In this document: piece by piece, positions 46,111 through 55,234 of the stretch
How positions within the stretch are numbered: the first letter of the stretch is position 1
Layout: each line of letters begins with the position of its first letter
Virus record (IMG/VR): IMGVR_UViG_3300035698_014711
Coordinates: 1 to 64,000 of that record
Direction: 5' to 3' (one strand)
DNA: 64,000 bases
DNA from: a virus
Translations under genes and position numbers: made by a program
The notes under the pieces: model-generated
Databases searched by the model: none
Seen by the model: the letters and a program-made list of their open reading frames with translations, nothing else
What the model was told of the DNA's origin: nothing

Positions 46111-46157
46111 ATTCCCTGCCCTTTTATATACTTATTTATACAACTAGAGCAGGGAAT
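46111..46157 (-). promoter_or_regulatory. late promoter TATAAATA (46133-46140) inside an inverted repeat
   Basis: attccctgc...tatttata...gcagggaat. Confidence 0.7.
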
Positions 46158-46184
46158 GTGTCTTTTTCTTATCTTTTTTGCAAC

Positions 46185-47564
46185 TTAAATTGCTGCATTT
46201 TTCCGAACTGTTGAGAAGGAAGTATCACGTAGAAGCTTTCCATCAAGAAAGACATCCTCAAGAAGATTTACTTCCCCAGCCTTGAGATCACTTTCACGGA
46301 ATGTTTCCTTACCATTGTAGGCGAGACGGCCTCTCTTGGAAGTTTTACCTCCGTGGATAGGATCTTTCCAAGTATCAATCCAAGCTTCGCCTTTATGAAT
46401 TGCAGAAGCTTTCATTGCATAGCCAAGAGTGTCTCGGCTTACATTCTGGAGAAGTCCTCCACCCATTCCGAAGGCAATATTCTCAGTTGAGATTCCTTGA
46501 ATTTCAAGATTATCAAGGATTTTTGGAAGTGATGTAGAATCAATGCCGTCACCTTGAATGACTCGAATATAAGGAGGAAGTACTTTATAGCCTTTTGAAT
46601 TGGTAGTATATCCGAACTCTTCCATTAGAATTTTAATGACTTCAATCGGAACAACGGTTGGAGAGCCTGAGTCTGGACGGATAACAAGAGTGCCGCCTGA
46701 GTTGATAATCATATCTTTAAACTCTCGGCCTACAATGTTCCTTGCCATATTGTAGATATCATAGGAATCAGACACCATGGCCAGGAGTTTTCCCTCACCA
46801 GAGAAAAGTGTCATCATATTTTTAAGAGCTTCTGCTTCGCCTTCACGGCCCCATGAAGTCACGGTGGAGTGTTCTGAGGCGGGAATAGAGAATCCTGCCA
46901 TATCTTCACCATAGTAGTGACGAGCTCCAAGAAGACCGGCAACTGTGTCGGTTCCCATAAAGTTCACAAGGTGAGCGGTTCCACCAAGCATTGCTTGTTC
47001 AAGACAAGTAGCACCACGAGCACCAAAGTCATGCAATTTGAAAGCAATCTGATCAGCAACTGGCACATCAGACGTAATTTCAAGTGCATTGGCGATGTGT
47101 AGCTTCATGTTTCTCGATACTGTTGCAACTGTTGACGGATACCACACAGCTCGAAGCAAGGCAGTTTCAATAAAGCTTGGCAACCAAGAGCAATTTTCAT
47201 CAGTATTGATAATCTGGACTTGCACATTTGAAGATTCCATAACAGTTCCTTCTGGAACAGCCTGGATTCTCAGGGGTAAATAGCCACTGTGTTCTAGCAA
47301 AATGTATTCCCAATCTTCCCGATAGAAAGGGAGACCGTGAGCTAGGATAATCATTTCCGCTTCATTGATATCAGCTTGGGTGAAAGGTTCTAGAAGATAT
47401 TCTTTAATGAACATCTGCAATCCAAAGAACACAGTCACCTTATCAGCCTTGCGAGCTTCAATATATGAGTTTACAAACTTGATGTCTGGAGCCCATTGCC
47501 GGGGTTGGCTATACTTATAGCTATCAGAATTGAGAATTAGATTGGCGATTAGATTATTTCTCAT
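46185..47564 (-). CDS. nadV: nicotinamide phosphoribosyltransferase (Nampt)
   Basis: DSYKYSQ, LHDFGARG, SIPASEHS, VSDSYD, IRPDSG, QGDG, FGMGGGLLQ. Confidence 0.95.
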   Translation of the reverse strand: MRNNLIANLILNSDSYKYSQPRQWAPDIKFVNSYIEARKADKVTVFFGLQMFIKEYLLEPFTQADINEAEMIILAHGLPFYREDWEYILLEHSGYLPLRIQAVPEGTVMESSNVQVQIINTDENCSWLPSFIETALLRAVWYPSTVATVSRNMKLHIANALEITSDVPVADQIAFKLHDFGARGATCLEQAMLGGTAHLVNFMGTDTVAGLLGARHYYGEDMAGFSIPASEHSTVTSWGREGEAEALKNMMTLFSGEGKLLAMVSDSYDIYNMARNIVGREFKDMIINSGGTLVIRPDSGSPTVVPIEVIKILMEEFGYTTNSKGYKVLPPYIRVIQGDGIDSTSLPKILDNLEIQGISTENIAFGMGGGLLQNVSRDTLGYAMKASAIHKGEAWIDTWKDPIHGGKTSKRGRLAYNGKETFRESDLKAGEVNLLEDVFLDGKLLRDTSFSTVRKNAAI

Positions 47565-47593
47565 GTTACAAAACTTCCTTTTGTATCTTTAAC

Positions 47594-48619
47594 TTAACTG
47601 ATGCTTGTGAACCAGTCGATGATATGAAAATGGTCTTCAGATAGTTGGGTTGGATCGATATTACTTAGAGACATCCAAAATGCCTTCTTTGCATCATCAC
47701 CACCTTTTACCTTGGGCAACTTCTTTTGGAAGCCAAGGTCAATGTGATATGCTGTAGTGATGGTCCGTCCTCGAGTTGATCTTTGAGGATAATCGAAAGT
47801 CTTAATAGATTTGATACTTCCGTCCAGAACCTTTTTGGGAACTTTCAGACATGTCTCTTCTTCAAGCTCACGGAGTGCTGCATTTCTGAGAGTCTCATAC
47901 TCATTGATGAAACCTCCTGGAAGAGCAAGAAGGCCTTTACCTGGGTTATTCGCCCGTTCAACCATCAAGACACAGCCGGAGCAAGTCACAACTGAATCTG
48001 CAGTCTGAAAGATTGGAGGGTATTTACCTGTAGAAGTTGTCTGCTTATAGATCCGAGTTTCTTCATATTCATCTCGAAGAAGAGACCAGAAAGGCTGCTG
48101 AGTCTGAGTCTTGAAAATCTGAAAAGCAGCATCAGGCATCAGACTCGTGACTTCATCAGATCGATCACTTAGATAATGAGTATAAGCAAAGTTTCGGATG
48201 TCGGTAGCATTGACATCACCAAACGAATCTACTTCAATCTTGTCCCAGAAGGGAAACATATCCAGATAGAAAGTGGTCTCGTCTTTGCCGTGCCCAAGAA
48301 TTGCAATCTTAAGAGGCAGATTTTGCCAGTTGATCTCAATAGATTCATGGACTGCAGTCTGAACTCGGGCTACCCATTTGTGATCATCATAAGGACAATC
48401 TTGGACAGCAGCGGTCTGTACTGAATACTCAGGAAAAACTGCTTTGAGCTGAGCTCTTCGTTCATTATATGTGAGGGGATTGCGTAAGTCTCTAGCTTGG
48501 TTAGTGGATCCATAGACCCAAATAACATGTTTGCCTTTTTCTTTGGCACATTTAACTAGATGCTCATGTGCCTTTGAGAACGGCGAGGCACGGCCGATAA
48601 TTACTATTACGTCATACAT
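47594..48619 (-). CDS. bifunctional NMN adenylyltransferase / ADP-ribose Nudix hydrolase (NadM-Nudix)
   Basis: GR..P...H, RNPL, NATDIR; Nudix box GGF...E....AALRELEEET; GGDDA. Confidence 0.92.
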   Translation of the reverse strand: MYDVIVIIGRASPFSKAHEHLVKCAKEKGKHVIWVYGSTNQARDLRNPLTYNERRAQLKAVFPEYSVQTAAVQDCPYDDHKWVARVQTAVHESIEINWQNLPLKIAILGHGKDETTFYLDMFPFWDKIEVDSFGDVNATDIRNFAYTHYLSDRSDEVTSLMPDAAFQIFKTQTQQPFWSLLRDEYEETRIYKQTTSTGKYPPIFQTADSVVTCSGCVLMVERANNPGKGLLALPGGFINEYETLRNAALRELEEETCLKVPKKVLDGSIKSIKTFDYPQRSTRGRTITTAYHIDLGFQKKLPKVKGGDDAKKAFWMSLSNIDPTQLSEDHFHIIDWFTSIS

Positions 48620-48736
48620 GCAAAACTTCCTTTTGCTTCATTTGTATAGTTATTTATCAAGATAGACACCTTCTTTGAGTATATCTAAGATTTGTTTTCG
48701 AGTTGAATCTGGGATTGCATCACTACTTGTCAGATA

Positions 48737-48766
48737 CTTATAACATACTCAAGGAGTGATGTAAAC
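48737..48766 (-). promoter_or_regulatory. early promoter for the NAD operon
   Basis: GTTTACA...TATGTTATAAG. Confidence 0.75.
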
Positions 48767-48767
48767 C

Positions 48768-49001
48768 TTACTTTACAGCACTAATAGGATATTCCATCTG
48801 AATGGCTTTCATATCAATTTCCTTAAGTTGTAGCTCAAGGGCAGTTTCATATGTGTAGCCCTTCTTTTCAATACGCTTTTTAGCAACACTGTGCTGGTGA
48901 CGGAGATATGCCAACTCAACAATTGCATCACCAGCACCCTTCTTAAAGACAGATGAAAGATTATATCCGCAGATCTGAGCAAGTATTTTAGTCTTAGCCA
49001 T
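48768..49001 (-). CDS. hypothetical protein
   Basis: Coupled ORF. Confidence 0.55.
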   Translation of the reverse strand: MAKTKILAQICGYNLSSVFKKGAGDAIVELAYLRHQHSVAKKRIEKKGYTYETALELQLKEIDMKAIQMEYPISAVK

Positions 49002-49386
49002 TGTACTGATCCTTTATAAGTTGCAACATTTTCTGTAGAAAGTTATAAGTCTTGGGTGATTTTTCTTCCATCATAGATAATCCGGTGCCAATGCCGTCAC
49101 TTGGTAGAACAATAATCTTACCGAGCTTTAGATTATTCAGAACTCTCTCGAAGTCTGTTGTCATATGTTTTACATTCTGATGGAAGTGCTCATCATCAAA
49201 GAATGCATCCTCATCCATGCTTGGGCTTTTCTTTGTAGCAATGCCTATTGCGTTCGGTTCACCTCGCATCTCTTTGGCTTGGCCGCCATAACCTCGGCGC
49301 TCCAGATTGTCTCCAAAGATGTAGAGCTTGTCTTTGTTCTCTCGAACATCAGCTCTGGTGATAAATTTTTGATAGATAATAGGCAT
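48994..49386 (-). CDS. conserved phage protein, possibly macrodomain-like
   Basis: FGDNL...G.GGQA...RGEPNAIGI.TK, P.DGIGTG. Confidence 0.6.
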   Translation of the reverse strand: MPIIYQKFITRADVRENKDKLYIFGDNLERRGYGGQAKEMRGEPNAIGIATKKSPSMDEDAFFDDEHFHQNVKHMTTDFERVLNNLKLGKIIVLPSDGIGTGLSMMEEKSPKTYNFLQKMLQLIKDQYNG

Positions 49387-49567
49387 TGAATTCCTTATTT
49401 AAACTCCCATGGGTCACTGTTATCAACAATCTTATAGTCTTCGCCATTCTTTTCAATATATGCATAATTAGATTCAGTTGTAACCATAATCTTACTTATC
49501 ACATAAACAATACCAAAGACAGTAAGAGCAATGATCATAAGAATTGTAAGCAAAGCAATATATTCCA

Positions 49568-50035
49568 TTAGATGTATTCTCCACGTTTTGCAATTTCATT
49601 TAAGTCCTGACCGAAGAAGATAATCTTATTCAGATCATAGTCTTCTGTTGCACCTTCTTTTTGACCGAGTCTATACAAAGCCTTGAAGATATCTGATCTT
49701 GATTTACCCATTGCTGAGTAGCTAATCAGATGCCTAAGTTCACACGTATGCTCCGGTATTGCAGCCTTCTCGTAATCAACTCTAGGAAATGTATAAAATG
49801 GCTCAATAGTCTCAGCGTTTGGGCTTTTAATCAATTGGCTCAAGTAGTAAATAGAGGCCAAGGTCTGACGCTTTACCATATATTCCTCACAGAAAGAATA
49901 CAGATAGCATAAACAGAATAGATCTAAGCGGGCACCAGACATTCCCTTATATTCGCCTACTTCTTGAATTGTCTTGAACTCTGTAGGGATCTCATAGTAT
50001 GATGAAGAACCTCCATCAGATTTAAATTTAGTCAT
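49568..50035 (-). CDS. hypothetical protein (SDGGSSSYY / KALYRLG.K family)
   Basis: Conserved phage motifs. Confidence 0.65.
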   Translation of the reverse strand: MTKFKSDGGSSSYYEIPTEFKTIQEVGEYKGMSGARLDLFCLCYLYSFCEEYMVKRQTLASIYYLSQLIKSPNAETIEPFYTFPRVDYEKAAIPEHTCELRHLISYSAMGKSRSDIFKALYRLGQKEGATEDYDLNKIIFFGQDLNEIAKRGEYI

Positions 50036-50231
50036 TAATCATCCTATTTTTCTTAACATTAACTTCAGCAGTGCCCATGTCTTGATCAAACTTAATCTCA
50101 AGCAATACCGTGACAGAATTGTCTTTCATAGCACTATCGCGCCATTGGGGAAGATGGATAAGAGATTGGGCATAAGTGCCACCACGACCTAATGCAACCC
50201 AATAAGTTTCGGTTGACATACTATTTATCAT
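50028..50231 (-). CDS. hypothetical protein
   Basis: Coupled ORF. Confidence 0.5.
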   Translation of the reverse strand: MINSMSTETYWVALGRGGTYAQSLIHLPQWRDSAMKDNSVTVLLEIKFDQDMGTAEVNVKKNRMIND

Positions 50232-50403
50232 ATAAATTCATATGTTATTCAATTCTTCCTGGATAGAAACTGCAGCATACAGTTCCTTTCCGGACTCAAC
50301 ATGTTCTAACATTAGCAAGATTTCATCAACGGATACACCATTGAAGATTGCATCACACAGAGCTGCTCGAGTCCAAGCAAAATCATTGTTCGGATCTATA
50401 TAC

Positions 50404-50682
50404 TCAGACACCAGTATCTCCCATCTCGATGCACCAGAGCTGCTTGCTCATGTCCCAGATATAATAGACAGGACCGTAGTAGTCCGTGTGAAGAAAGAAA
50501 GAAGTATCTGTGATCTTTTCAACACGGTCAGGAAATAGTGACAGGAAGTTCTCAAAAAGAGCTACCTCCTCGAAACACATCTCTGCCGCGGAAAATGGGA
50601 TGTGTACTTCTTGAGCATATGCTGGAGCTGAACTACAGGTAGCGAGAGCTCCAAGAAGAGCCATTGCAAAATAATTTTTCAT
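50404..50682 (-). CDS. hypothetical protein with signal peptide
   Basis: Hydrophobic N-terminus, AYA site. Confidence 0.6.
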   Translation of the reverse strand: MKNYFAMALLGALATCSSAPAYAQEVHIPFSAAEMCFEEVALFENFLSLFPDRVEKITDTSFFLHTDYYGPVYYIWDMSKQLWCIEMGDTGV

Positions 50683-50683
50683 A

Positions 50684-51001
50684 TTACAGACCTCGGTTCA
50701 AAAATGCAGTAACAGTTATATGGCCGTTGTGCCAGGAAGTTGCAAACAGATGTTCAAGAGCGCCGCTGAGATTGGATGAAACTATCTCTTCTTTCCAGGT
50801 CTGTCCTGAGATTCGACTTTTTGCTTCATAAGCATCATTATAGGTGGCGGTGCCTCTAAAGAAATTTGCGATGATCTTAAAATCAGGCCGATATTTTGTG
50901 AAGCGTGCCCGCGATGCATACAGAGCAATGTCTACAAAGGCAGCCTTGCGCTCGGCTCGGAATTTAGCTTCATCAGCTTGTGTCATATACATAGGCATTT
51001 G
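50684..51001 (-). CDS. hypothetical protein
   Basis: ORF with AAGGAG RBS. Confidence 0.6.
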   Translation of the reverse strand, partial: QMPMYMTQADEAKFRAERKAAFVDIALYASRARFTKYRPDFKIIANFFRGTATYNDAYEAKSRISGQTWKEEIVSSNLSGALEHLFATSWHNGHITVTAFLNRGL

Positions 51002-51003
51002 AT

Positions 51004-51258
51004 TCACTCCTTACCGTGGGGGGCGTTTACGATAAGAGTATCTAGAATTTGACCCGGAGTTTGGTAGCCGTCAGATGCCTCAAGAACCCGGCCCAAATAA
51101 CCCAAAGTTATTGTACGCTTGATGCCGTCTCCACAAATTACCTCAATTGTATGAGTCTCAACATGGGGAATAATATCAAACATAGAAGCTGGTACATTGG
51201 GCTGATATGTAGTGAGATTGAATGATGTAGTGAGGGTCATTTTAGTTGAATGTTTCAT
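51004..51258 (-). CDS. hypothetical early protein
   Basis: Below PeSL-like promoter. Confidence 0.6.
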   Translation of the reverse strand: MKHSTKMTLTTSFNLTTYQPNVPASMFDIIPHVETHTIEVICGDGIKRTITLGYLGRVLEASDGYQTPGQILDTLIVNAPHGKE

Positions 51259-51266
51259 TTGGTTCA

Positions 51267-51312
51267 CTCCTTGGTTAAGTATACTTTAACACAACCAAGG
51301 AGCAATGTAAAC
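51267..51312 (-). promoter_or_regulatory. early promoter inside inverted repeat (PeSL-like)
   Basis: ctccttggtt...aaccaaggag plus GTTTACA. Confidence 0.75.
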
Positions 51313-51465
51313 CATTATTTTAATTATTTTTAGATAGAAGGGCTTGTGGCACCTACAAAAGAAGTCCTTTCAGACTTTAGTCTCGCAGATCATGAGTTTT
51401 CTCTCCAGACCTAATAGCCTGGAAAAAATGATTCCACGATTTTACTGTGTGTACAGTAGGTTCCA

Positions 51466-51864
51466 TTAGTACTTCTTTCCGCCTTCGGCTTTACGGTTGG
51501 CGAGCTTATGGTCAGCTCGGCTCTTATTAAACCGGTTCTTCTCGATGAAGGAACCTGCAATATCAAGAGCATTTGCTCCTGCTGTATCCATCATACGGAT
51601 CATACAATCAGCAAACTCTACTTCAGTTCCAGGACGGCCGGGGAGTTTATCATCCATAAGACCTTTTCGGTCAGCTTCAAGAGCTTCAGAAAGTTCGGAG
51701 TGCATCAGTGCTACAACTTCACCAAAGTTCCGTTCAACCAATCCACCTGTTACAGGATCAACATACCATCCAGCATCGGTGGCAGTCTTATGTGCAAGCA
51801 TTTGAGCCATTATAAGACCGTCATAAGCAATCTTTTCTTCGTTAGTCATGTTCTCGGGAATCAT
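51466..51864 (-). CDS. MazG-like nucleotide pyrophosphohydrolase
   Basis: ALMHSELSEALE, EVEFAD..IR..D, EK..FN..R. Confidence 0.85.
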   Translation of the reverse strand: MIPENMTNEEKIAYDGLIMAQMLAHKTATDAGWYVDPVTGGLVERNFGEVVALMHSELSEALEADRKGLMDDKLPGRPGTEVEFADCMIRMMDTAGANALDIAGSFIEKNRFNKSRADHKLANRKAEGGKKY

Positions 51865-52166
51865 TATTCTACCTTTTCATAAGTTGCTTCAAAAATATCA
51901 GGCTTGCAAGGATATAGTTCACCCTGAACTCCCTGAATAATATAGTCACCCCAAGTTACTCGATGAGTTCCTTCGAGAGTAACAATATCCAATTCATCTT
52001 CGCCCTTTGAGCTAGGATAATCAGAAGGCTCCAGAGACCCAGATGTGCCATGTTCAGTTTGCCATGCAGCGTGCATCCACTGCGGCCAATCTGCATTAGA
52101 TTTTCTTCGTTCCATTGTCATCTGAAAAGCTTCAATGACAATAGGCTTTTTACGGTACTTGTTCAT
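51864..52166 (-). CDS. conserved phage protein (KYRKKP...YPCKPDIF family)
   Basis: KYRKKPIVIEA, TLEG, GDYII.GV.GELYPCKPDIF..TY. Confidence 0.8.
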   Translation of the reverse strand: MNKYRKKPIVIEAFQMTMERRKSNADWPQWMHAAWQTEHGTSGSLEPSDYPSSKGEDELDIVTLEGTHRVTWGDYIIQGVQGELYPCKPDIFEATYEKVE

Positions 52167-53209
52167 CAGTCACCACCTTTTAGGAGAAATTTATTTGAGA
52201 TTACCTTGAAGCTTGTGTCAGTGAAGTTATTCTTCCACACAAGGCCTTCCCTGTATTTATGGGTCAGAGAGGCCCCATCTGCATATTCAAGTGCATTTTC
52301 TACGGAAGTTGGGTAGTAACCTTTACTATCTAGAATTGGAACTGTAACAAGTCCATTCTGGGAGATAAATGTCCAACGGGCATCAGGAAGTAGATAAGCT
52401 TGGTTCTGAATATCAAAGATATCAAAGATAAAGAACTCACATTCAGATAGTTTCTCACGGTTACCTTGAACTCCAGGGCCCATAATTTCACCTTGGAAAG
52501 CAAACCCTAGTTCTACTTTATCGCCATACTTTAGAGCTTGTTTGACATAGACATTTTCTTTGGTTGATTCTTCAATACGGATTTCCATGTTTCGGCCCGC
52601 AACATGCAGACCTTCATCATCACGCCAGATTGTGCAAGAAGTTCCATCGAGCTTAAGAGAGATTTCCCAGCTATCATGTGTATAATCTGAGAGTTTTTCA
52701 AAACAGTTCTGAATTCGTTCCTGATCTGTTTTAGGAATAAAGCTTGGAAATGTTCCCTTTGCGAGTCCTTGCATTTCAGCAGGGATAGCCTTTTCCCATT
52801 TCTGAATATTAAGAGCTTCGGTAACATCATCACCAGACTCGACAAAAACCATCATTCCACTTCCAGCCCCGTCTGTGTGATGGAAACCGACAACAAATCT
52901 TCGGTCGCGGACTCTCTCAACGATGTTCAGAATGAGACCTTGGCTGACCTGACCTCGAAGCTTAATTGTCCGAAGACGTTCACCAGCAACCCCATTATAT
53001 TCTCGAGGTGTATGCTCTCTTGAAAGAAAGGGAGCCAAATCATGAGGTACCCAACTATCAATCTCAAGATAAACTACTAGATCACCAATTGTAAATTCGC
53101 CCTTTTTGACAACTACTTTCCAGCCGTCTACTGTAGCCACTTCAATTGCATCTGCGCCTTCAATTGGATCAAGACCAATGATAGTTCTGACTGTTGCTAG
53201 TTGTCTCAT
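52166..53209 (-). CDS. RNA ligase, DRB0094 family
   Basis: PIEGADAIE..VDGW, KLRGQVSQGL, FIPKTDQERIQN, KLDGTS, EGLV, SFKVISN. Confidence 0.92.
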   Translation of the reverse strand: MRQLATVRTIIGLDPIEGADAIEVATVDGWKVVVKKGEFTIGDLVVYLEIDSWVPHDLAPFLSREHTPREYNGVAGERLRTIKLRGQVSQGLILNIVERVRDRRFVVGFHHTDGAGSGMMVFVESGDDVTEALNIQKWEKAIPAEMQGLAKGTFPSFIPKTDQERIQNCFEKLSDYTHDSWEISLKLDGTSCTIWRDDEGLHVAGRNMEIRIEESTKENVYVKQALKYGDKVELGFAFQGEIMGPGVQGNREKLSECEFFIFDIFDIQNQAYLLPDARWTFISQNGLVTVPILDSKGYYPTSVENALEYADGASLTHKYREGLVWKNNFTDTSFKVISNKFLLKGGD

Positions 53210-53610
53210 AGTTCATCCGCTGCTTTTGTCAAAGCTTCTACTTTTTCCTTAAGTCTGTCCTTCATGCAAGAGGTTTGGTATGCTGAATTTACATATTCTG
53301 CTCTCGCTTTCCAAACATCAAGAATAAGACTATGCATGGGTGTTTTCTCAGGCTCTACTTCCTCAGGCTCTGCATTCATGGCAGACTCAATGTATGTATC
53401 AATATTAGCAAACATGACTGTATTCCATTTACGGTCTTCATCACCTACAAACGATACTGTTGAAGATGAGCATCCAACCTCAATAGAACTTACTGTGTAT
53501 TGCAGGCCGGGTTTAAATACCTTCTTCGCAGCTGCTAGTTGGAAATCATACCCATTTCTACCTAGAAAATAGACACTCTCTCCAGGCTTTGTATCTAGTC
53601 GCATTGTCAT
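53206..53610 (-). CDS. hypothetical protein
   Basis: Coupled ORF. Confidence 0.65.
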   Translation of the reverse strand: MTMRLDTKPGESVYFLGRNGYDFQLAAAKKVFKPGLQYTVSSIEVGCSSSTVSFVGDEDRKWNTVMFANIDTYIESAMNAEPEEVEPEKTPMHSLILDVWKARAEYVNSAYQTSCMKDRLKEKVEALTKAADEL

Positions 53611-53998
53611 TATTTTCCATTCTCTTTCTAAGCTCTGATGAGCTGAAGTTATGATACCTACTGTTGTAAAAGATCTTTGTGATATGCATACCGGTAAATG
53701 ATTTGTTCTTATATTCCATTCCGATAAAGCGGATATCAGGTCTAATCAGTCTCAACATATCAGTTAAATCTTGTTCAGTCTCATATGGGACAATCTCATC
53801 AATATATGATACTGCCTTGAGCTGAATATAGCGTTCAACTAATGATTGAATAGGCTTATTCTTTTCCGGTCTATCAATTGTTGGATCAGTTTGTAAACCG
53901 ACAATTAGTCGGTCACAGTTCTCTTTTGATTCTCTAAGCATAGCAATATGGCCAGCGTGGAGTAAATCAAAGGAGCTGAAGGTAATTCCTGTCTTCAT
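53558..53998 (-). CDS. cytidylyltransferase (TagD-like)
   Basis: FDLLHAGH, LIVGLQTDP, KNKP, SSSELR. Confidence 0.9.
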   Translation of the reverse strand: MKTGITFSSFDLLHAGHIAMLRESKENCDRLIVGLQTDPTIDRPEKNKPIQSLVERYIQLKAVSYIDEIVPYETEQDLTDMLRLIRPDIRFIGMEYKNKSFTGMHITKIFYNSRYHNFSSSELRKRMENNDNATRYKAWRECLFSR

Positions 53999-54125
53999 CC
54001 ATTTTCACCAGTCATGAGAAAGAAAAGAAGTAAACCCGAAAAGATCACAAAGACCAAAGGAAACCCGATGATCATACCTAAGAGATACCAGAGCACAAAG
54101 CCCATGAAAAACATAAAGATAAAGC

Positions 54126-54476
54126 TCATTCTTTTTCCTCCACAAACTTAACAGCTAGCGGACCAAGTATGTTTTCTCCGATACAATATCTACCATTGAG
54201 ATACCAAAGTACCCTTGGCTCGCGATATACTTCTATTGCTCGGAAGAATTTGATATTCGGCCAATCTGCATGCTGAGCTCGAGACCATCCAGGATGGCCG
54301 CCCTCGCCATCCTGAGACCAGAAATATTCTAAAATTGTTTCATCATGTATAGAATCAGGTTGGTAATCAGGTTCCACAGAGTCAGCTTTCCAAGGATGCC
54401 ATTCTCCATCATTAACATCAAGCTTTGGCTTCCGGGTGCACCGAGGCCATCCATTAAGTGAATTATCAGGTCCCAT
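54126..54476 (-). CDS. hypothetical protein
   Basis: Coupled ORF. Confidence 0.6.
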   Translation of the reverse strand: MGPDNSLNGWPRCTRKPKLDVNDGEWHPWKADSVEPDYQPDSIHDETILEYFWSQDGEGGHPGWSRAQHADWPNIKFFRAIEVYREPRVLWYLNGRYCIGENILGPLAVKFVEEKE

Positions 54477-54883
54477 TATTTATCTCCAAATTTAAGGGCT
54501 AATTTGTCAAATGTTGCTCGTTCAGAAGCTTCAGCTCGGGCTGCTTTCTTTTCAGCAATGCCTACACGGAAGGTGCATTCCAAGTCTGTTTCCATACGAG
54601 TGCCATACAGTATCATTGATGCAGAACATAAGCAATCATGATGACAGCCGCAATCCATTTCTGCTCGGAAGTGGAGATTGTTATATTCTTTGCCGTACAA
54701 TTTATCAAGTTCAAACATTTTATCAATGATCTCGGTTGGGGATCGGCCGAAGTCAGCCGTCACGTAACCATGAGAATACACAAGCTTTTCACCATCTAAA
54801 ACATTCATAGATAGTTCTGCGCCAAAGACCTTCATAGCCTTAGCAACAGTCCCAACCTTGGTAGTGATAGGTTTATTGTCCAT
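54476..54883 (-). CDS. hypothetical protein
   Basis: Below early promoter. Confidence 0.65.
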   Translation of the reverse strand: MDNKPITTKVGTVAKAMKVFGAELSMNVLDGEKLVYSHGYVTADFGRSPTEIIDKMFELDKLYGKEYNNLHFRAEMDCGCHHDCLCSASMILYGTRMETDLECTFRVGIAEKKAARAEASERATFDKLALKFGDK

Positions 54884-54906
54884 ACTTTTTCCTAACCATT
54901 TTTATA

Positions 54907-55190
54907 ACCATAACACAGTGACTATGACTTGTAAACCATTATTTTAAATAAATCTAAACGTAGTGTGTATTTCTTTTTCTTCTTTTGATAACCACCAGTA
55001 ATCACAAGAACACATTTCTCGTGTGTTACCGTTATTGTCTCTAACAGCAACTTCATTACACCCGTCAGGCATAGATTCTGTTGATAACCATTCCCATGGA
55101 GCATAATATTCAGGCTTAGTCATTTAATAATCTAATTGATATTTTATAGTTATAACATAATGACTATGACTTGTAAACTATTATTTTTAA
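54907..55190 (-). repeat. duplicated early-promoter cassette (about 54907-54949 and 55148-55190) flanking a small ORF
   Basis: tgactatgacttgtaaac(c/t)att present twice. Confidence 0.8.
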
Positions 55191-55234
55191 ATTCTTTCTA
55201 CTTTACCTTCCAACCAACAACTATCATTGTTTTC

